Below are positions 51,492-62,546 of a stretch of DNA of 64,000 nt, one piece after another. The stretch spans positions 81,964,001 through 82,028,000 of the forward strand of contig NW_027361690.1 in NCBI RefSeq assembly GCF_039654945.1, written 5' to 3'. Made by a program: the position numbers and the translations under genes. Origin of the DNA: Dendrobates tinctorius. Taxonomy: Eukaryota. The notes beneath the pieces are model-generated. The model made no database searches, was not told the DNA's origin, and worked only from the letters and a program-made list of their open reading frames with translations. Numbering within the stretch: the stretch's first letter is position 1; every line of letters starts with the position of its first letter.

Positions 51492-53120
51492 CAGTCATAT
51501 GTTAAAGTTTGGGCACCCCTATTAATGTTAACCTTTTTTCTTTATAACAATTTTGGTTTTTGCAACAGCTATTTCAGTTTCATATATCTAATAACTGATG
51601 GACTCAGTTATATTTCTGGATTCAAATGAGGTTTATTGTACTAACAGAAAATGTGCAATCTGCATTTAAACAAAATTTGACCGGTGCAAAAGTATGGGCA
51701 CCCTTATCATTTTCTTGATTTGAACACTCCTAACTACTTTTTACTGACTTCCTGAAGCACTAAATTGGTTTTGTAACCTCATTGAGCTTTGAACTTCATA
51801 GCCAGGTGTATCAAATCATGAGAAAAGGTATTTAAGGTGGCCACTTGCAAGTAGTTCTCCTATGAAGAGTGGCATCATGGGCTCCTTAAAACAACTCTCA
51901 AATGATCTGAAAACAAAGATTATTCAACATAGCTTTTCAGGGGAAGGAAACAAAAAGTTGTCTCAGAGATTTAACCTGTCAGTTTCCACTGTGAGGAACA
52001 TAGTAAGGAAATGGAAGAACACAGGTACAGTTCTTGTTAAGCCCAGAAGTGGCAGGCCAAGAAAAATATCAGAAAAGCAGAGAAGAAGAATGGTGAGAAC
52101 AGTCAAGGACAATCCACAGACCACCTCCAAAGACCTGCAGCATCATCTTGCTACAGGTGGTGTCACTGTGCATCGGTCAACAATACAGCGCACTTTGCAC
52201 AAGGAGAAGCTGTATGGGAGAGTGATGCGAAAGAAGCCGTTTCTGCAAGCACGCCACAAACAGAGTCGCCTGAGGTATGCAAAAGCACATTTGGACAAGC
52301 CAGTTACATTTTGGAAGAAGGTCCTGTGGACTGATGAAACAAAGATTGAGTTGTTTGGTCATACATAAAGGCGTTATGCATGGAGGCTAAAAAACACAGC
52401 ATTCCAAGAAAAACACTTGCTACCCACAGTAAGATTTGGTAGAGGTTCCATCATGCTTTGGGGCTGTGTGGCCAATGCCGGCACCGGGAATCTTGTTAAA
52501 GTTGAGGGTCGCATGGATTCAACTCAGTATCAGCAGATTCTTGACAATAATGTGCAAGAATCAGTGACGAAGTTGAAGTTATGCAGGGGATGGATATTTC
52601 AGCAAGACAATGATCCAAAACACCGCTCCAAATCTACTCAGGCATTCATGCAGAGGAACAATTACAATGTTCTGGAATGGCCATCCCAGTCCCCAGACCT
52701 GAATATCATTGAACATCTGTGGGATGATTTGAAGCGGGCTGTCCATGCTCGGCAACCATCAAACTTAACTGAACTGGAATCTTTTTGTAAACAGGAATGG
52801 TCACAAATACCTTCATCCAGGATCTCATTAATAGCTACAGGAAGCGACTAGAGGCTGTTATTTTTGCAAAAGGAGGATCTACGAAATATTAATATTACTT
52901 TTATGTTGAGGTGCCCCTACTTTTGCACTAGTCAAATTTTGTTTAAATGCAGATTGCACATTTTCTGTTAGTACAATAAACCTCATTTGAATCCAGAAAT
53001 ATAACTGAGTCCATCAGTTATTAGATATATGAAACTGAAATAGCTGTTGCAAAAACCAAAATTGTTATAAAGAAAAAAGGTTAACATTAATAGGGGTGCC
53101 CAAACTTTAACATATGACTG
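51492..53120 (+). mobile_element. Tc1 transposon (1629 bp, about 210-bp TIRs) in the Gypsy leader; transposase has a stop and a late frameshift
   Basis: TA-cagtcatatgttaaagtttgggcaccc...gggtgcccaaactttaacatatgactg-TA; ORFs 51862-52368 and 52417-52851. Confidence 0.95.
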
Positions 53121-53210
53121 TATATAAAAAAAAAAATCCTGACACTTTTTTTTTTTTTAAATTCTTTCCTACTTCGAGTACCCTAGAGTCTACAGTTAGG
53201 CTGGTGATTC

Positions 53211-54127
53211 TGTTATGATTGGGTCACCGAGGAGGAGAGCAAGCCCAAGCTAAGCCACAGAAAACCAGAGAGGTTGGTAACTAAGCGGATTGCAGACCCC
53301 TGATCCTATCCACACAACTAGCAGTAGCCGTGGAGCGTACCTACGATGATCCTAGACGCCTCGACACAGCCGGAGAGCTAACTAAGCCTAAAGCAAGAAA
53401 GGGGAAATCTAAACTGCCCCAGAGCAGACCCCAAAGGAATAGATAGCCCCCAAACATATAATGTCGGTGAGACAAGATGAAAACACAAACACAGGCAGGA
53501 AAATAGACTGAGCAAATGATGGGGCCCACACTGACTAGACTGGACAGGAAAGGAAAAATACTGTCTCCAATCACGCAAAAAACCCTGCAAAAAGTCCAAC
53601 ACGTCTGATGCAAAAAACACTGAAGTCACACGACTTCGCCCCCCACTATATCAGCACTCTGGTATATTCTGAAAGCAGAGCAAAAACAGACCAATCTAAC
53701 AGGGGATATAAAACAAACTGGCACAAGCAGTAACATAAGGGCGGTGATTCAGCACAGCCCCAGCCAGAGCTGGCAGACCCGCACCAAGAAGAGAAAGACA
53801 AAACCAGATCAAATGCAAACAGAATAGCAAATAAACCACTTAGCTGAACATGCAGGGACAGAGCTGGAGAAATCAGACCTAAGGAGGAACAGGAAACAAA
53901 TCACCAGCAGGGATAGAGGGAGTCGGCTGTCTTAAATCCCAATCTGAAACCCCAGATCTCCATCATTATTATCAGGTGGCAAGAGTCTGTCAATCAGATC
54001 AGCTCCATTACCTCCAGTAACCACCAGAGGGCGCCCAGAAAGAGAACTCGCAACCCCTCTGTAGATCTGACCAGCTCCACTACCTTCAGTAATAACCAGA
54101 GGGAGGCCAGAAAGCGAATTCACAACA
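53211..54127 (-). repeat. 5' LTR of the Gypsy element
   Basis: TG...CA termini; highly similar but not identical to the 3' LTR. Confidence 0.92.
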
Positions 54128-54381
54128 GTACTGTCTATTTTTGCTAGACTGTTTAATATGAGCTGAGAAACCTTCATCATTGTTTTTCCACCCAAGTAAA
54201 AACGGAGGAAACTGTGACCAAACTCTGACGGTAAAATCTGGCACCTTGACCAAACTCTGATTACATAAAAAAAAAAAAACTGATGAAACAAGTACTTTTA
54301 TTTCGTATGCAAGAAATCACTGATATCTGAATGAGCCCTTATACCAAGTCTCTAATTTGTAAAATTCCATTGTTCAAATGA

Positions 54382-54565
54382 TACAGGAAAGATGTATATC
54401 TTTGTACCGTGTTAGCCAGTGGATAGAAAAATATTCAGGATTGAGAGTCCTCAGTAGTTGATACCTTTTAATGGCTAACTGAAAAGATGGTAATACATTG
54501 CAAGCTTTCGAGACTACTCAGGTCTCTTCATCAGGCTAGACTAATACAAAATTGTTCAAATTGTT
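54382..54565 (-). mobile_element. Penelope-like pseudo-LTR fragment
   Basis: 14-bp TSD cattgttcaaatga (54368-54381, 54566-54579); contains a hammerhead motif. Confidence 0.78.
54498..54537 (-). ncRNA. Minimal hammerhead ribozyme motif
   Basis: gc-CUGAUGA-a-GAGAC-cugagua-GUCUC-GAAA-GCUU-gc: core, 5-bp stem II, palindromic AAGCUU. Confidence 0.7.
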
Positions 54566-56475
54566 CATTGTTCAAATGAGAAACTCGCGTCTCAATATTC
54601 GGCAGTGCTGCCGGCACATAGACTGGAGCGCTCAGATTCATTGAAATACATACAGTTGAGAGATCCGGTCCCAGTGCTTGGTATTGAAACGCGAGACTCG
54701 TGCGAGTTTCTCGCAAGTGTGACCCCGGCCTTAGGAGTTGTCCTGGTAGTGGACAACCCCTTTAACATACTATATTTTAATTTACCATTGATATTAGTTT
54801 CCATTTTTACTTGGTCGGATTGCTCCCCTGGCTTGTCTGTGTTACTAAATACTTGCATTTCTCATGAAATAATTTTAGAATGTCTTCCAGGAAAACTTTG
54901 TGACCAAGGGAAACTTCCGAAACGTGTGTTGGGGTGTGCCTCACACGGTGACCACCATACACCTAGGTAATCTATTACTTTGTTTGCCTGTGGATTTGGC
55001 TTGATATAGCTCTTGCTTATGTCTATTTGACACTGTATTCTTTTAATAAATAGCCATTATTACCTTCCTACTTATTGTTATATTTGGGATTTACAGCACC
55101 TTTTGCCCAATTAACGCATTGCATATTATAATTGTGACCAGTCCTTCCTCCCTTTGTTCCTTCTCCCCCCCCTTTCCTTGCAGAAGCACTTTATTATATC
55201 TCCAGTGTTGCTTATTTATTTAATCATCAATTTTATCACCATAAGTTTTGTATGTACTAGCTTCCAACATTTTGCAGTTAGTCTATATTGTCACTTTGCA
55301 CTTATAATTTGTATTATGACTGATATTATTCATTTATTTTTTTTATTTTATTGCTTGCTGAGGTTTGCACATATTTTCATTCATATCATCTATAATAGTA
55401 ATTTGTGCCACATTGCAAGTACAATATTTGTTTTTAGTGTTCCCTCCCCTTTTCCTTCCCCCTCCCCCTTCCTTTCTCTATATTCTAGTGCTATGCCTAT
55501 TATTTTATTAGTTGGTTATATATATAACACCTGGTGTATTGTTTTTTATTGATCATTTTTTAATATTTAATCTTTAATATTGATCATTGTATTTAATTAT
55601 TACTATTTGGTTCATTTGTTGTCCATGTATGCACCTTTTTGTTTGCGGTGCTACATTTTACCCCCACTAATAAAGGTACTTTAGCCTTAATTAATTTTTA
55701 TTATCCGTAGAATTTTTTTATCCTTGTTCGGCGTCCTTCTTTGGATCTAGACTGTGCAGGGACATAGTATGTAGGTAAGCGCCACAGAAACACCAAGTTG
55801 CCAATTTATTAACAAAATTTGTAGATGGACAAATGGTTCTATCCTTAACAGGTCAATAATCAGCTGCCAACCACAGAACAATCGCATTAACATTCATTCT
55901 GTATCTCGTTATACTGGACTGCATTTGATGATATAAAGTGAGGTGCAAGTTACCCTCCCTAGTATCAAAATGCTGAAAGAATTCACTGCAGACCGTGAAA
56001 GAATTCTTCCGTTTTATCCCATAAAGTTTGTGTTGTCATATGTAAAAGGGTTTTTAAAAAGAGAACTGATCAACTTTTTATGTCATTGATTGGCACAGGT
56101 TATGAGCAGCCAATGGACCTCAACAGATTATGCCTCTATGCAGATTTACAGCAAAATATTCTCGAAAATTGTCATTTCATGCAAAATATGACTCTTTACT
56201 AGAACAGTCATGTACTGGGAGCTGCCAGATCCTATTCAGGCATCACAGTGGCATGGGAGACATCTGCATAAAGGACAGATGCCTAAAGCATGGGAAAGAT
56301 AAGAGAGTTGGACAAATGGACATAATAACAAGAAACAAAACTTCTACAAAAGAAATGAAAAAAAAAAAAAAAGATAATTAAGAAGCACAACTACTAAAAA
56401 AAAATAGAAAAAGATATTAAAAAAAAAACAACACAAAACACAGAATGAGAGCTCTAGAGCACACCAGACACTCAC

Positions 56476-56621
56476 GGTGGGTTGTCACATTTTCTCTGGC
56501 GGAATCTTGCTCCAGTTCCACACGTGCGGCTGCACATGCTCCACGGGCTCCATGCACTCCAGTCTCCATCCACATGATGAGGGATCGGGGTCTTGCTCAC
56601 ACACTCCCCAGCTCTGCACCA
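56476..56621 (-). CDS. adamts17: ADAMTS17-like coding exon (about exon 12), start of thrombospondin type 1 repeat
   Basis: ttacag|TGG...CC|gtgagt, 146 nt; [49 protein letters not shown]; phase 0 in, phase 2 out. Confidence 0.95.
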
Positions 56622-57126
56622 CTGTAATACAAACACCCAACACTGACTGGACTATCCATACTGGCATACAAAATAGAATAGAACAGAACCCCGTATGACA
56701 GCTCTATAGGTGTATTAATGAGTTTCACAACAAGAGAAGTCCGGGAGTATTTGAACGAGTTTCTGCTCTGCATTACTTTATGCTACTCTTCAGAATAATC
56801 GCCTCTGCCATAGTAACACTGACTCATAATGGAAACCAATACCAGATCTGTTGTCCTGTAGAACACTAAAGAATAGACCTCATAAACCTAAATAGTGTCT
56901 GTCTGGATTTTGGATATTCAAGAAACAAGCTGGAAGCTGGAGACTGCTGTATTAACAGTACAATAGCCTAAACAGGCAACAGAACTCCTGACAGACGCCC
57001 TAATACATATGTGAGCAGAACCTAAATATGAAGACAACATGAACAAGTTTAATATAAATAGTTTCCATATTTTCTAATACATTACATTTTATTCAATCTT
57101 TTCTACAACATGACGCACATGCTCAC

Positions 57127-57228
57127 CTTATCTGCACCACATTCCGTGCCATCCAGTGGTGGGTCCAGTTTGGTTTTGCAAGAAGCATCTCCTTCCACCA
57201 GACACCACAGACCAGCACACATCAAATG
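57127..57228 (-). CDS. adamts17: ADAMTS17-like coding exon (about human exon 11), disintegrin-like domain
   Basis: tttcag|CAT...AAG|gtgagc, 102 nt; translates [34 protein letters not shown], nearly identical to ADAMTS17 as I recall it. Confidence 0.95.
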
Positions 57229-58088
57229 CTGAAATCAAATTGTAAAATGTAAAATTTACTGCAATAGGCATAAATCTGATGGTAGGTCCACTGTAGGATC
57301 GTAGTTCATGTACTGTACTCACAGTTGTAGTAACATGCCCCCTTTAATGCTCTAGAACAAGTAAAGATGTAGTAGGACAAGGAGGACATGCTGGAAGGGG
57401 AGGTTCTAAAGTGTTGACCCTTCAAATTGAGCATTGGCTGCCAAATATCTGCTCCACTATGAAGCTATTGAGAAACATGTCACAGACTTGATGTATCTCT
57501 TAATGTCACGTTGGCCAGTGTCCGTTTCTTAACAGTAACAGGGCATGAAGTTATAAGAGGTTTTGTCCCTGCACACTGAGAAGCGAAACACACAGATGAC
57601 AACAAGTGAGAATTACCAGAGAGATTTCACTAAGGGCGTGGCCTTTTTCCTCTTTCTGATGCTAACAAATCACAAGCAGGCAGCACCACAATGGAGAAAG
57701 AAGAACACGCCTCCACAATAGCACTGACAGTCTGCTCTCACTGCACAGTGATGACGTGCTGGAAAGCAGCAGATCTGAGTGTGAGTAACTGAAAGCTTTC
57801 ATCTCTGGCAGTTTAATTACAAACACTGGTAGAAGCCGTCCTCTCATAGGGCTGCCAGCTCTGCCGACCATAATCAAGCATATGCAAAGGGAAAAATAAC
57901 ATGCCTGCACTATAGCTTAGAACAGGCTCAGTGTGCAACATAGTGACAGTCTGCTCTCCTCGCTGAAGAGTGATTACAAAGCAGACCTTAGTATGATTAA
58001 TAGCTGTCAACTCCAGTAGTCAGTGTGAATGTAGGAGCAGGACAGCAAAGTTGGCACCACTACACTTGCTTTGGCAACACTAAGAGTT

Positions 58089-58250
58089 GGCAGCACGGTG
58101 GCTCAGTGGTTAGCACTGTAGCCTTGAAGTGCTGGGGTCCGCGAAGGACAACATCTACGAGTAGTTTGTATGCTTTCCCGTGTTTGCAAGAGTTTCCTCT
58201 GAAGTACTCCAGTTTCCTTCCACCCTCCAAAGACATACTGCTAAGGAATT
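58089..58250 (+). mobile_element. tRNA-derived V-SINE-like element, decayed
   Basis: ggcagcacggtggctcagtggttagcact (A box) followed by V-domain-like gtttcctc..tactccagtttccttccaccctccaaagacat. Confidence 0.75.
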
Positions 58251-58339
58251 GCGATCACCATCATTGGGAAAAGTGATGATGATGAGATGAAAGCTGCTAA
58301 TCACACTCGGCTCTGCTGTGCTCAGCATATGTCAGTGCT

Positions 58340-58735
58340 CTGCAGCATGTTGTTTACTGTGAGCATCATGCGTGGCCTAAACGTGCTACAATGGACTGCA
58401 GTATCTCTGGATTTGTCTCCCAGTTAGAACATCTGTGAGTTCATTGGTGGGCAATTCCAAACAGCAGCGGATCTTGATGAATTTTGTGTCCAAGAGCATT
58501 CAGCGTGGCAGAACATTCCTCAGACAACCATGAATAACCTCACTGATAGCAGCAGGCGTGTAAGTGTGTGTATTTCAGCGCGCTGTGCTCACACTCCCTG
58601 CTTAAAAAATTAAAAAAATTTTGAAAATGTTGTTTCCATTTTGTTCATAATTTGCATATCACCAACAAGTCTATCCAACCTGTGATTTCCATAATTTCAT
58701 GATATTTACTTAGTGGTGTTGAAATTTCAATGTGG
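58340..58735 (+). mobile_element. Highly decayed Tc1/mariner 3' fragment
   Basis: Remnant SxDLSPxEH-like coding sequence followed by tggcagaacattcctcagacaaccat. Confidence 0.5.
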
Positions 58736-58813
58736 ATCAGTTAAGTTTTCACCAAACATCTTAGACAACTCCAAATTTGCCTTGTCTGCCCAGAGCACAC
58801 TGTTAGACTGTTA

Positions 58814-59700
58814 GGCTGCATTCACACGTCACGCTTTTTTCGCGGCGGTTTTAAACGTGCGATTTTGCCGCGAAAAATAAGCATCCCATGCAATCCTATG
58901 GGATTCCGCAATGCTGTGCTAATGCCGCTTTTTTTTCCGCGGTGGAATCGCTTTGCGGTAAAAAACGCAGCATGCTCATTAATTTAGCGGAATCGCGGCG
59001 ATTCCGCCCACATAGGAATGCATTGTTCTGCTTACTTTCCGCATGTGGCTGTGCCCACCATGCGAAAAGTAAGCAGAACATTTGCGGATGGTACCCACGG
59101 TCCGGAGGAGAGGAGACTGTCCTCCGGGCTGTGGGTATCATATCCCTGTAAAAAATAGAATTAAAATAAAAAATATTGTTATTCTCAACTTCCGGCGTCC
59201 CGCGCAGCCTTCCCGCCTCTCTCCACGCTCCCAGCATCTTCCGATCCCAGTAATCCTTTGCGAGAATGACCGCGATGACGTCTCTCGGTCATTCGTGCAA
59301 AGGATTACAGGGACCGGAAGATGCCGGGAGCGTGGAGAGAGGCGGGAAGGCTGCGTGGAAAGCCGGAAGGAGAGAATAACCATATTTTTTATTTTTTTTA
59401 TTATTTTTTACATCCTATCTTTTACTACTGATGCTGCATAGGCAGCATCAGTAGTAAAAAGTTGGTCACACTTGTCAAACACTGTGTTTGACGAGTGTGA
59501 CCAACCTGTCAATCAGTTCTCCAAGCGATGCTCCAGATCGCTTGGAAAATGCTAGCATTCTGCAAGCTAATTACGCTTGCAAATCGCTAGTTTTTCCGCG
59601 GGAAAATTACGGGAATTTAAAATGCGATTTTCTCGCGGAATGGAATTCCGGAATTCTCGCGGTAACTTCCGCGAGAGTTCCGCTACGTGTGAACGTAGCC
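58814..59700. mobile_element. Harbinger-like MITE, copy A
   Basis: TTA-ggctgcattcacacg...cgtgtgaacgtagcc-TAA; internal palindrome centred near 59277. Confidence 0.8.
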
Positions 59701-59984
59701 TAAGATTTACTAAATTATTGCTAAATAGTGTTTCTTGTTCAATTACTGTATATCACCATATAGTTAAATCAACTGTGTGAATTAAAACAAGAAAACTTTA
59801 CTAGACTTGTGGTTACTCTTTTACACATCTGGAGATGGTTCATATCTTTAGCGCTCTGCCAGTAGATATTAATAAAGATACAAGACAAGTAAAACATAAA
59901 CATAAGATACAGACACAACTAGGCAGAAATCGTCTTTGAATGCACATAAGAGCATTACTGCTGCCGTCATTCCAGTCTCTTTAA

Positions 59985-60785
59985 GGCTGGGTTCACAAGT
60001 AGCTTTTTTTTGTCGTTTTCGCGGCGATTTTAAACGCGAGATTTTGCCGCAAAAAAACAGCATCCCATGCAATCCTATGGGATTCCGCAATGCTGTGCTA
60101 ATGCTGCGGATTTTACCGCAGAGGAATCGCATCGCGGTAAAATACGCAGCATGCTCATTAATTTAGCGGAATCGCGGCGATTCCGCCCACATAGGAATGC
60201 ATTGTTCTGCTTACTTTCCGCATGTGGCTGTGCCCACCATGCGAAAAGTAAGCAGAACATTTGAGGATGGTACCCACGGTCCGGAGGAGAGAAGACTGTC
60301 CTCCGGGCTCTGGGTACCATATCCCTGTGAAAAAAAGAATTAAAATAAAAAATATTGCTATTCACACATTCCGGCGTCCCGCGCAGCCTTCCCGCCTCTC
60401 TCCACGCTCCCGGCATCTTCCAGTCCCAGTAATCCTTTGCAAGTATGACCGCGATAACGTCGCGGTCATTCGCGATGACGTCGCGGGAGCGCAACGTCTC
60501 GCGGTTATTCGCGCAAAGGATTACTGGGACCGGAAGATGCCGGGAGCGTGGAGAGAGGCGGAAAGGCTGCGCAGGACGCCGGAAGGTGTGAATAACAATA
60601 TATTTTTTTTTTAATTATTTTTAACATTAGATCTTTTTACTACTGATGCCGCATAGGCAGCCTCAATAGTAAAAAGTTGATCACACTCGTCAAACACTAT
60701 GTTTGACGAGTGTGACCAACCTGTCAATCAGTTCTCCAAGCGATGCTACAGATCGCTTGGAAAACACTAGCATTCTGCAAGCTAA
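59985..60785. mobile_element. Harbinger-like MITE, copy B, right end replaced
   Basis: Colinear with copy A, with long identical stretches. Confidence 0.8.
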
Positions 60786-61527
60786 AAATTATCAAAAATT
60801 GATCCAAAAAGGGTATCCAACTGTTAAATCATATATCCCTAAAAATTATCTTTATTGATTAAAAAAAAACATATGCAATGGTTCACACCAAAAAAAAGTG
60901 CACAAACAAAAACAACCGTGTTCCCAAAGTACCAATTAAAAGTGGGTAAGCAATAAGTCCCTCTTACGTCAACTAGGCTCCCGCCTTCCTGGCTGCGGAG
61001 GTTGGCACCCTAGGTGGGAACGTTGTGGCGCCCCCGCTCCACAATGGCTGACCCTGGGAACCCTATATTCCCTGCAGCCACTTGGGGAACCCTCCTACCC
61101 GATGTCCTAAAGGAACCCCTATCAATAGACATAGACACATCATGCAGCATTAGAAACCCACTGTTACCTTGGTTACCAGCTCCTGCTCGCTGATCTTCCG
61201 CCTGCCACACGCAGCGATGCTTGCTGGCCAGTGGGAGACCAACGATCAAAAAAATGTCTAGGGGTTTCCACAACGATCAGCGATACCCGGCAGGGGGGCC
61301 GGTCGCTGATAGGTGTCACACACATCGATGTCGCTGGTGAGATCGCTGTTGCGTCACAAAACTTGTGACTCACCAGCGATCTCACTAGCGAGATCGTTGT
61401 GTGTGACGGGGGCTTAAAGCAGCACAATCACTGCACTCCACACCACATCCACAGTGGTGATGGAGCTTCCCATCACATCCACAGTGGAGAAAGAGCTCCA
61501 CATCACATCCACAGTGGTGATAGAGCA

Positions 61528-62546
61528 TGTGGTGTAGTTACCACTGTGTCCGCTAGGGGGTGCTGTGTGGGTGTCCCAGGACAGGCGTATAAGCATTTCC
61601 AGTGTCCTGATAGGAGTAGGATGCTGAATGATCGTAATGTATCTCAAGGTGGGTGGCCTTGGGATGAAAGCTTGATTATGTGCTGATCAGCAGAGCTGAT
61701 CTTTCGTGCAAATGTGTTAGGGAGAGCTACCTACAAATCCACCCAGGGGTGTGTCTGAAAACGCTGGTAGTAAAAGACTATGTGAGTGTGAAGGACCTGT
61801 GAAGAGGTCATAGTCATGTGACCCGGTGGGCGTGGCTACGGACCATATAAGGTGGCCAGGGTAGGTCACATGGAGTGAATGCTTGGACCAGGTTGGTCCG
61901 TTGTGGAAGGTTCCTCTGGGAGATGGGGCTTCCTGCCTGACAGCACGTGAATGCTCTGAGTAATGGCTGCAAGCGTCTGACGGTTCCCAGGGAGAGGGAA
62001 TGAACGTCTGCAGTGAGCTGAAGGGGTGAATATCTGTGAGGCTGAAGTGCCTGAGTACTGGACATTGCGTAACCTGTGTGACCACAGGGATAACTGAGGG
62101 AAGCTCTGTCATGAACGCTATGCTGTTTATATGAACTTTATAAAAACAAAAAAACGGAGTTCCATACAGAAAATTGTAAAAAAAATCAATATTTTTTATT
62201 CCATCAAGTGACATGCATGTATAAAAAACAATTAATAGAATTTTCTGTATGGAACTCCGTGTTTTGTTTTTTATTGGTCTTTATTTGGAGTATACAGTTT
62301 TAGTCCAATATTATTATATGGGGTAAAATCTATTGATGTTTTTGATCTTATCAACATAATCAAGTGTCAAGTAGCCTTCTTTTTGGAATTGTGTTAGTTT
62401 ATATGAACTTTATGTTGCTGCTGTGGGTTTATGATGCCTGAAAAAAACGCATGGACGGTTATTGATTTATAGAAAACCTGTGCCGGATCTGATTATTTGG
62501 CTGCCAATTGAGTGTCCCCAGCCTTGAATGACAGCGCTACCTTACA
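61528..62546. mobile_element. Probable solo LTR inside the minisatellite
   Basis: TG...CA ends with 4-bp TSD agca (61524-61527, 62547-62550); the satellite resumes afterwards. Confidence 0.7.
62142..62396. mobile_element. AT-rich insertion with an inverted segment (Penelope-like architecture)
   Basis: 17-bp TSD gtttatatgaactttat (62125-62141, 62397-62413); inverted arms about 62140-62175 and 62239-62274. Confidence 0.7.

Larger units (their letters stand above)
45239..54127 (-). mobile_element. Ty3/Gypsy chromovirus (Tf1/sushi group) LTR retrotransposon, decayed, with nested L2 and Tc1
   Basis: Two LTRs; gag CCHC knuckle (CFFCGDASHTISVC), protease, RT (YLDD), RNase H (VDAS), integrase and chromodomain; PPT near 46153-46162; flanking duplication gtactg. 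Confidence 0.95.

Noticed and set aside
55154-55552. 132-aa hydrophobic membrane-protein-like ORF
   Set aside because: By-product of a T-rich tract with a non-ATG start and no motif
58089-58145. tRNA gene
   Set aside because: Only the A-box half is present and it continues into SINE body sequence
58888-60614. Duplicated ORFs on both strands
   Set aside because: Chance frames in GC-rich palindromic MITEs
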